Assembly: GCA_024704765.1 (NCBI GenBank)
Contig: JAKMXF010000304.1
Span: forward strand, 168,225 to 232,224
DNA length: 64,000 bases
Origin: Oopsacas minuta
Lineage: Eukaryota; Animalia; Porifera
Direction of reading: 5' to 3'
Below the pieces are notes generated by a model that was not told the origin of the DNA, did no database searches, and worked only from the letters and a program-made list of their open reading frames with translations. Shown here one piece after another: positions 54,858 to 64,000 of the stretch. Position 1 is the first letter of the stretch, and every line of letters begins with the position of its first letter. The translations under genes and the position numbers were made by a program.

Positions 54858-55345
54858 CATTAGCGCACTACGCTTGCTAGGTCGCTACGCGACAGCTTAG
54901 TGCTCCAAGTTAGCTCAAGTATTAAACAGCAAAAATTTTTATTTTGTTATTGGTCGCTTCGCGGCAGAAAATACACAGCATTACTTCCTAGAATTCACAA
55001 CACATTAAAAATTTCGATTACCTTATCATGGTCCATCCAAGTTGCATTCAATAGCCTTCTGTAGTGACACTGTAGACGCTATCGCTTTTGGTCAGTAATC
55101 TCAGTACTTTATGACTCGAATATCCAGAAATTATGAATTTTTTCAATTTTTGAAGATTATGATTATAATGACGTAAAAATCTCGTGATAAGATACATTTG
55201 GTCAGAATTATAATGTCAGGACATTTGTCATATTGAATGTTACCTGTGCTTTAATTTCAAATTTCTATCAAGTATATTGGCTAATCAGTGGTTAACAATG
55301 TGATTTTTCGGCAATCAAAAAGGTGAAAATGACATCATAAATTCC
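54858..55345 (+). repeat. Dispersed repeat, copy B (homologous to 575-1065)
   Basis: Colinear similarity with 575-1065. Confidence 0.8.
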
Positions 55346-55559
55346 CCCAAGACTCGACGCTAACCTGAAGCACTAGGGTGTCGCTAGTTGGATATACACG
55401 TGGAACAAATGTTCCCCTTCAATATTCATGACCCTAAATGAATCCAGATTGCTGAGGTTTCTCCCTGGTTCGTTGAACAGATTCCAGGGGTAATTGTGTG
55501 CGGATAGTCTGATTTGGAGAATATACGAGATTTATCTAATGGGTACATTATTTTTTGCT

Positions 55560-55990
55560 TATTTTCAAAATCATGCTAGAGATTTCGTTTTAACTGCTAG
55601 TAAAGCTTAATCAAGTATGTAGATTCCAATTTTGACATTTTCAGATCTTTATCCAGATAATTTATCATATTATTTATCATATTTAACAACTTTGTGATAT
55701 TTTCAAAATCACTCTAGAGAATTCTTTTCTAAGTCTTAGACAGGGTTAATTTTAGGATAATTATTTGGACTTTCTTCCATAGGATTAGAGGATAGAACAT
55801 CAAGTACATTAGGGGACAAATCATATTGAATACAACTGAAATATTTATCAGATCCAGGAGCCCAAAATCAGTCAGGTCCGATGCATTATGGAATTTACAC
55901 GGGGCGGGGTCAGGGGAGCCTGCCCCCCCGAAAAGAACAAAAATCCATCACCCTGAGCTACACTTCTAGTCTGTCGGCTGGACATTTCTG
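55560..55990 (+). repeat. Dispersed repeat, copy B (homologous to 25540-26060)
   Basis: Colinear similarity with 25540-26060. Confidence 0.8.
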
Positions 55991-57812
55991 TTTAATCTTG
56001 CTTACGCACTCTCTTATGGCAAGTTGAATGGAGGGAGCTGGTCTTATCGATTTACACTTCCTCGGAGGTTGTACGTAATAGCTATCCACGTAGTTTAATA
56101 GTTCTGTTAGCTGTAGACAATATTATGTATGTATAAATTTTGTTTTTTGTACATATTACATAACATAATTTGGCATAGGGTACCAGTTTCAGGATCTCAC
56201 GAATGGATGGTGAGATTATATGTTTTCATCTTATGTTTTGATTAATGAAGTAAGTAATAGAGCTTTCACCTGATTTGCAGACTTCTTAACTTTGATGTCA
56301 GTATATCCACCACGAAATACCAACATTGGTTAGATATTATTCATTCAATGAAACTTTGAATGTGGAAGACAATTTTAGGAAATAATCGGACAGTTCAAGA
56401 AAGCATATAAGCCAATATATGTTTCTGATTATGTACTAAATTCAATGGAGATATTTAGCCAGTTCGAAGACTAAATTTTGTGCACTATTTATCATAATCC
56501 CAGGTCTAGAATTTAGATGACCTGAACTTTGGTATTCTAGAGACAAAAGATATTTTCTTTGTATATAATACAGTTTGTAGCTTCCTACTCATATGTACAC
56601 AGATTGGAAGCCAATATTCGATTATTGCAGACTTAGTGACGTAATGTCGTGATGACTTAACACATATTTGACCAGATATCTGAAATACCTAACATATCAG
56701 TTACTTTTCTTCAGGAGATGTGAATACCAATGATTAGAAACAGTCAAATAGACAAATAGCTGGTTATAAAATTAGGACAATATAGCACAATGGCACACCC
56801 CCGGAAATTGGTCAAAATTTCAATCCGATATTTAGTAACCATTTAAAGTTCATTGGAAAGAGAAATATCTAATTACTTGATATGTCTAAAATTGTTATGA
56901 TCCATCATTTAGTTTAGGAACAACTGGGATGTATATAAGCATTACAATTTCTTGCTCAGATATTATTCTTGAAAACCACAGATATTCATTATATCAATGA
57001 ACTTAAATTCCAGTATCTAAGCAACTAATACATTCCAAAGACTTCATTCCATCGCATTTTCGACTACTCTCTTATTATAGTGATTATATAAGCGGAGTTC
57101 AAATAATAAATCCTTAAAATAGCTCAAATATTTTGATAAATTTTTCCGTTGGATATTTCTGTCGTCACTCAACTTCGAAGTCCCATAACTTCATCTGTCG
57201 CGTTCTGTCAAGTTGTCTCCTGAGTTTATGATATAGCATTTTTAATTCTCTATAAAATACAACAATTTCCAGGTTCCCAAAAATTCGCACAAATATAGTT
57301 TCAATCACATGAACTTTTGAATTTATCTAATATTTTTAAAGATTCTCTTTTCAAAATTTATATTAATATTATGGTTGCTTAGCGATGTAATTAAAACGTG
57401 AAGTTATTCACAATTTTATGCTTGTGTTTACAAAATTCAGCTTGTAATTAATATAAATACATTTTCTCATCATGTATTTTTACAAAGATACCATTAAAAA
57501 ACCAACACTCTTCTACTGTGAGAAAGATGTTCGTCAAAAGTTCCTTAATTCTTAGATTTCAGAATGTATTTTATAAGCTTATAAAACAAACATGCATATA
57601 CGTATATATAATCTTACTTTTTGCCCTGTATTTACAATATTGTTAATAAATAATATATTAATTATCTAGAAAATGGAAAATCTTCAAGCTTTTCAGCTTT
57701 ATTGTGAGCATAAATTACTTAGCACTGTTGCGTAGGATTTTGACCCGCAATACAAAATCCTAATAGCATATCCATGGTGCGGGTCAAAATCCTACGATGT
57801 AATATATGCGTA

Positions 57813-58720
57813 NNNNNNNNNNNNNNNNNNNNNNNNNNNNNNNNNNNNNNNNNNNNNNNNNNNNNNNNNNNNNNNNNNNNNNNNNNNNNNNNNNNNNNNN
57901 NNNNNNNNNNNNNNNNNNNNNNNNNNNNNNNNNNNNNNNNNNNNNNNNNNNNNNNNNNNNNNNNNNNNNNNNNNNNNNNNNNNNNNNNNNNNNNNNNNNN
58001 NNNNNNNNNNNNNNNNNNNNNNNNNNNNNNNNNNNNNNNNNNNNNNNNNNNNNNNNNNNNNNNNNNNNNNNNNNNNNNNNNNNNNNNNNNNNNNNNNNNN
58101 NNNNNNNNNNNNNNNNNNNNNNNNNNNNNNNNNNNNNNNNNNNNNNNNNNNNNNNNNNNNNNNNNNNNNNNNNNNNNNNNNNNNNNNNNNNNNNNNNNNN
58201 NNNNNNNNNNNNNNNNNNNNNNNNNNNNNNNNNNNNNNNNNNNNNNNNNNNNNNNNNNNNNNNNNNNNNNNNNNNNNNNNNNNNNNNNNNNNNNNNNNNN
58301 NNNNNNNNNNNNNNNNNNNNNNNNNNNNNNNNNNNNNNNNNNNNNNNNNNNNNNNNNNNNNNNNNNNNNNNNNNNNNNNNNNNNNNNNNNNNNNNNNNNN
58401 NNNNNNNNNNNNNNNNNNNNNNNNNNNNNNNNNNNNNNNNNNNNNNNNNNNNNNNNNNNNNNNNNNNNNNNNNNNNNNNNNNNNNNNNNNNNNNNNNNNN
58501 NNNNNNNNNNNNNNNNNNNNNNNNNNNNNNNNNNNNNNNNNNNNNNNNNNNNNNNNNNNNNNNNNNNNNNNNNNNNNNNNNNNNNNNNNNNNNNNNNNNN
58601 NNNNNNNNNNNNNNNNNNNNNNNNNNNNNNNNNNNNNNNNNNNNNNNNNNNNNNNNNNNNNNNNNNNNNNNNNNNNNNNNNNNNNNNNNNNNNNNNNNNN
58701 NNNNNNNNNNNNNNNNNNNT
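57813..58720. other. Assembly gap (908 N)
   Basis: Run of n. Confidence 1.
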
Positions 58721-59416
58721 AACAAGCTTTAAGGAATATACCACTGAAATATGTTCATCTATTGGACAAGCGTAGACTATGCATTTGTTACGGAGTCTTG
58801 GTATAATGTTGATACACATATAGAGTTGAGGTGAAAACCGCGAGCCTCTGGCACGCTGCATACTCCTGGAAAACACTAGATTTCTATAAACAAAACAAGT
58901 CAGCTGCGGTGGCCTCCTCCTTCCCCTTACAGCCACCCCCTAACGCTAAACGTCTAACGTTAACCTCACCTTGTTTATTTGTGCAGTGTTGGAGCGAGTT
59001 TGATGTGATTGCGATCACACCAAATTCGATTCTAAGCTGCAACATAAACGAATACGTACAATAAATCGTAATTTAACAGACAGGCGAGGAGCTAACGGAC
59101 CCCGAACGGCCACAGACAAGGAGACATTAAAAAATAAAAATAGATAAGAAACTCGCTTGTATCTGATTCCATGCTGTATTTCGTCTCGGCGTAGACTCGT
59201 CAGTTGCGCTGCCTTTCTCGCAATATACTTAGATGGTAGAGTGATGATATTCGCCACTGGGGATGTGCTGTTGCAGGTCGCGTTTCCATTATCTGGGCTC
59301 ACCATGATAGGGATTGCGTTGCCTGAATAACCTCGGGCAGAGGTCCCCACAAGGTTCGATGTACCTTGCCTTTGAGCGCTTTCGAATGATGGAAAAGAGT
59401 CGTGAATCGCTAAGAA

Positions 59417-62400
59417 TTAGTCAGAAGAGTGCAAGAGGTAGAATACAGTATTGAGTGATCCGATGAAAGTGTCACAGTCCCAAAGTTGGATAATTGGTTC
59501 TCTCATTCCGTCATATTTATAGAATTGCCCGTTTTGGTAAAGGATTGAATAAAAGTGTCTATTACTCAATATGCTAAAGCCAGCAAGTTGGTAGTGAAGT
59601 GTCCGTTGGTTGTGACTGATGGTAAAGTGTTTGTCAATATCGCTTGCAAAAATGTCTGGCAATTCGGGTAGATGTCCGATTTCAATTGTTAGCATGACAG
59701 GTATTGACTTGAATTGACCAGATATCCTCTCTAAGACAGCAGTAGTTGATCCACAAGACTTGCATTTAATAGGAACGAGACTTCGATTAACAGATGATTC
59801 CAGGTTTGTAATAACGCCTCCTATATTACTAATCATGGATTGTGTCTCAAAGATATTGGTGCATTGGTGGCATTGGAAGATAGTGAAATATTTGTCGTTA
59901 CACAAATCTTCTGTTCGTAAATATTTGATGATGTTACCCTCTGATCCAAAGAAATCATAAGACCGTATCAATCCTGAGGAATCATAAATAACTTCAAGCC
60001 CAATTTTAGTAGCAACATATTCTCGAAGTTTCTCAAATTCACAATTAGCAGCCAATTGGAATATGTAGTGGAATTCAGCTTCAATATGTGTACTTCCGAT
60101 TAACTTCAGTGAGTCTATGATGGTTGCTTTATTCGAACTAAGAATAGCCAATATATTGTCGATAGAACAGGTGTTAGATTGCACGATGTTGTTATACTCT
60201 CCTCCCCATTTAGGATATGGGATAAGATCTGATGCATTTTGTATAGATTGTTCTGGTATTTCAATGATCTCATGAACTTGCTCAGTTGGGAATATTAACT
60301 CAATTATTACTGGTAATAGAACAGCAATCGGATAGTCAAGATCTCTTCGTGTCTCTTCAGGTATTTCAGTAGGATAGGAGGAACGATATTCTGCGTACCA
60401 ATTACCGGCTGATACAGCAAGTTTCTCCTTAATCTCAAAATTTAGTTCGTTGGGTGGATGGTAAGAATATAGTAAATTCAATGAAGTTAGAGATGCAGCT
60501 TTTGTAGCGAGTTTCTCATGTAGTTGGGTTAAGTATGTGTTATTGACAAGAGCTGATAGTATTCGAGGTTTCAATTGAAGTAGCTCAGAATCGATATTTT
60601 CATAGATTGAGTGTTGTTGCGGTGTTTCAAATGTTTCTTCCATGGTATCCAGGTTCAATATATCATCCAAAGAATCTAAATACAAATAAATATGTGAAAT
60701 GTAGGATTGCTATTACGTATTAATCGAATCAATACAGAACACAACTAGTTTATATGTACTTAATCATGGGCTGAGTCAATTAGTTATAGTTCAGTACAAT
60801 ATTGTCTCGCTAATATATTTACCGCTAGAAGGGAATTTGCAAGATCTTTTGGGCTTCTTTGATTTGCCTGTCTTCGTTCGAACCTGCCGTTTTTCGTTCA
60901 TGCGAGAATGATATTTTCTTGATAGATGGATAGGTAATTTTGTTGTTTTGCTATCTGGGTCTTTGCGAGCAATTAGGTGGCTTGGTTTAACTTCCTCTAT
61001 CGTATATGGTCCCAAATATTTCTTTGCATCTTTTGTTCCTGGGAGTCGCTTGGCTTTCTTTATATTATGTACAAGTACCTCATCTCCTTCCACAAATTCT
61101 GATCTAAAGTTTACACTATGATTATACAAAGAAAATAATGTGCCAATTACGTACAGTTTGTAATGATGCTAATTTTATAACTAAAAGTAAGTGTTTTGGA
61201 ATTTAAGAATTCATATAATTGAGGAAACAATAAATTAGTTCCGATTCAAGACTATTTCATATTTACCTGATTATACAACAGTCAGTGAATTTAATTTAAT
61301 TTTAGTAAGAGATGATGTATGAAATTCCAACATGTTACATCACAACAAGAATGTGTTTCGTTATTGCTTACCTGTTGTGTTTAACTTTGCTGTCATATGT
61401 TTTCTTTTGAACTTTCTGACCAGCCTTGATGTTTTCAATAGCAGTCATCCTGTCAGCTTTACGTGTGGAAGAAAGATTTTCTATCCATTCGTTATCAATT
61501 ATAGGAAAGTCAAATGGGCGTGGTTCGTTTGCATCTATTTGAATATTCTCATCTTCTGATACTTCTGCCTCTGAGATATCAGCTTCGGTTAGTAATCCGG
61601 GGTTAGTTGGAGAAGTGATAAGATTGAGAAGGTTAGATGAATCAAAGTCTCTCCCAAACATGAGATAGAAGGGTGTGTAGCTTGTAGAGATTTTGGTTTG
61701 AGTATTTGCTGCTAGTACTGCTGTCTGTAATTTCTCTGTCCATTCAGTGTCCCCATCAGATTGCATCTTGTTGATTTTTCTATTTGTAAAAAGTGTTAAA
61801 TTGATTCAAAGCTATCTAATTATAAACGACGTGTATTAAACGTATGTAAGGCTTAGAATAGGTATACATTTATATTTAGCATCAATACTCACGTTTTCAA
61901 TATTTTGTTGTGTGACTCAACAAGTCCGTTACTTTGTGGGTGGTATGCTGTGGTTCTTCTGGTGTTGATATTTATCTTCTTGTGAAATTCCTGAAATTCC
62001 TATTTTGAAAGTAAATAAGAGAACAATGACAATCTACTACGCGCATGTATTTAGTCTTGTACAACAATAGTAAGAAAGATAAAACGATTAATAAGGTATA
62101 TTTTCCTCCCGAAGTTAGTAGCATCAATTCGTAAATTCTTATTTATTAGTATTTAACATAAATTAAAATCCAATTTTCCACACGGTTTCTTAAATATGGC
62201 CATCAGGACGCATAATTTCCTACCAGGGTATATATTGAAGCAATGCGTTGACAATTGACAATGCAACTTGTTACGTACGTATATCCAATATAGTAAGTTG
62301 CATTGTGTATCAGGAATAATTTACTTGGTGTATTTACAATTACTAATCTCGAGTATGTAAAAATATGAGTTACCTTGCTTGAGAATTCTGTTCCCTGATC

Positions 62401-63726
62401 ATGTTGGAGGATGTTAGGCACACCGAATGAGAGATAAATTTCCTGTAAACAATCCAATATTTCTTTAGATGTTTTAGTCTTGAGTGGTCGGGCAATTACA
62501 AATTTACTCAGGTAGCACACGATGACAAGAATGTGCTGAAATCCAAGTACAGTGCGAGACATATTACATATGAGATCAATTCCACAATGACACCATGGTT
62601 CTTCAGGAGGAGGAATAGGTTGAAGCTCTCGTTGTGGCTGAGGAGGTAGAGCAGCAGAGGTTTGACAGTCATGGCAAGTTCGGATCTAGAACGGGAAATG
62701 ATTTAATTGTCAGTTTGCAGTCCAGTCTAATGTAATTTGCTACGTCCCAGATGTCCCACTAAATTAGCATTCCGTCCCGCTTTTTCTTCACTCAGGTTGG
62801 CAAATATGTTTATGTGAAATACTCCCACTACCTATCCCAATTACTAACTACCGCAAGGATCATTAGTTGTTAGATACATGATTGGTTGGTTGTACCGCAC
62901 AAATAGATTTCCATATGATAAAATTGTATACCGGTATACTAAATATCATCAGATCGCACAAATAAAGGTGTATACAGTAGAATAATTACAAGGTGAATAA
63001 CCTCAAACTATAAAATACATCCTGTTCTCAGACTTACCAACCCCTTTTGCAAATTTCCCTGGATTATCGTTGCTAAATCCCTGGATTTCAAAATTTGTAA
63101 TCCAGGTATCCCTGGAGGGTTGGTAAGTCTGTGTTCTCAGCCACATTTTCTTGGAAAATCATATATGAAAGAAATACGTAATTTAGTAACTCACGTAGGA
63201 TCCAACATCATTGTATATACCATTCCAATCATATTTGTTTCGGATTCCATCAATGGTAGTGTTGATTCCAGGATGAGTGACATTGTGATAGAATCCGATA
63301 ATGTTGTCAATTTCTGAGACTAGTGGAATCTCCAAGTATTTCACACAGCCATTCTTCTTTCTGAAAATCTACAAGAAAATTATTCTAGTTAAACGCAGAG
63401 GTTATAGGTAGCATTGAGGGGCAGAGGAGCCCCTAGCGTTTTCGCCCTTCTCATCTCCCTATTGTACGCAAATTTAATGAGGCATCTACATATCTGCCTC
63501 CTCGCAGATATGTAGTTACCTCAAGATTTCTAATTATGTCTTGGAAATATGTATAAATCAAAAATATCATTCAGGAATATACCTTCATTAGCTTATTCTC
63601 TTGAAAGTAAATCCCCTTGCACTTTCTGACAAAATTCTTCTTTCTGTAGCGATCACTCTTGATTTCTGGTGGGATAATATTCGTCTGGAGGTATCCACGA
63701 ATTGCTTCATGCTCTGTCGCATCCAT
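59417..63726 (-). CDS. Spliced Ginger transposase, 894 aa: HHCC zinc finger, DD35E integrase, GPY/F, unknown region, USP-like cysteine peptidase
   Basis: Exons 63726-63583, 63368-63195, 62685-62374, 61999-61893, 61779-61372, 61103-60823 and 60675-59417 sum to 2685 nt (894 codons plus TAA). All six introns are GT-AG and phases match (0,0,0,2,2,1). Motifs: YHNVTH..CHDC, GIDL (D 62575-77), HDQGTEF (D 62398-400), NGLVESHN (E 61916-18), TPFYLMFGR, YLGPYTI. Confidence 0.92.
59420..60230 (-). other. USP/peptidase C19-like domain within the last Ginger exon
   Basis: SNTCSIDNIL (Cys 60167-69), CHQC...CKSC zinc ribbon, IPVMLTIEI, YQLAGF, RHFYSIL (His 59555-57), FYKYDG (Asp 59510-12) and terminal TVFYLL, in the order of USP Cys and His boxes. 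Confidence 0.75.
63029..63131. mobile_element. 103-bp MITE in intron 2 of the Ginger transposase
   Basis: TIRs CAGACTTACCAACCC and GGGTTGGTAAGTCTG, with 6-bp direct repeat TGTTCT at 63023-28 and 63132-37. Confidence 0.85.
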
Positions 63727-64000
63727 AATGAAAAATGCCAAAAGTAAATATAAGTGTTTGATGTTGAAATCTAGAAACAAAGTAAAATGTTAGTGTGTGC
63801 ATTTAGGAAGTCACACATGTATAAATACGAATACTATATGACTAGGGATGAAATGTTGATATTACTTGATTTGCAATTGCTACTTGCGGGTCAAAATCCT
63901 ACGCGGGTCAAAATCCTACGCAACAGCACTCGTTCAATCGCAGACCAATTTATTTCAACTCATGGTTTTGATCGAGATGAGCAAAATTTCTTTGTCTGAA

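Larger units (their letters stand above)
57726..63925 (-). mobile_element. Full-length Ginger-type (Gypsy-integrase-related) DNA transposon, 6.2 kb
   Basis: Perfect 23-bp TIR TGTTGCGTAGGATTTTGACCCGC at 57726 and its reverse complement ending at 63925. 4-bp TSD GCAC on both sides (57722-25, 63926-29). Spliced integrase gene inside, with no RT, gag or LTR. The pairing of ends spans an assembly gap. Confidence 0.9.

Noticed and set aside
57719-58936. Long ORFs across the second N run
   Set aside because: Artefacts of the assembly gap.
62686-62830. GHLGRSKLH*TGLQTD reading that mimics an integrase zinc-finger helix
   Set aside because: It contains stops and is out of frame with exon 3. The true His pair (YHNVTH) is in exon 63368-63195, which splices in frame, so this stretch is intron.

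Overview
AT-rich eukaryotic (animal-like) genomic DNA with short GT-AG introns and two assembly gaps (4972-5609, 57813-58720). The species cannot be established from the sequence. No rRNA, tRNA, CRISPR array or prokaryotic gene is supported. The window is mostly a nested set of cut-and-paste DNA transposons: hAT/hATm, Chapaev3-like, KDZ, P-like, several Tc1/mariner subgroups (DD34D, DD37D-like, DD37E), Transib/RAG1-like, and Ginger-type integrases. Two elements stand out. (1) A complete 6.2-kb Ginger-type element (57726-63925, minus strand, TGT...ACA ends, 4-bp GCAC TSD). Its transposase can be rebuilt by hand from 7 exons and 6 GT-AG introns into an uninterrupted 894-aa ORF. The ORF runs HHCC zinc finger, DD35E integrase, GPY/F module, an unknown helical region, and a C-terminal domain with the motif order and Cys-His-Asp triad of a USP (peptidase C19) deubiquitinase. 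(2) A complete 3.0-kb Transib/RAG1-like element (19557-22555) with perfect CACAGTG heptamer ends, a bipartite asymmetric TIR (26 vs 35 bp), an NBD-like segment, and one 1-bp frameshift in a ~720-aa transposase. No RAG2-like gene is present. All family assignments come from remembered motifs, not database searches.
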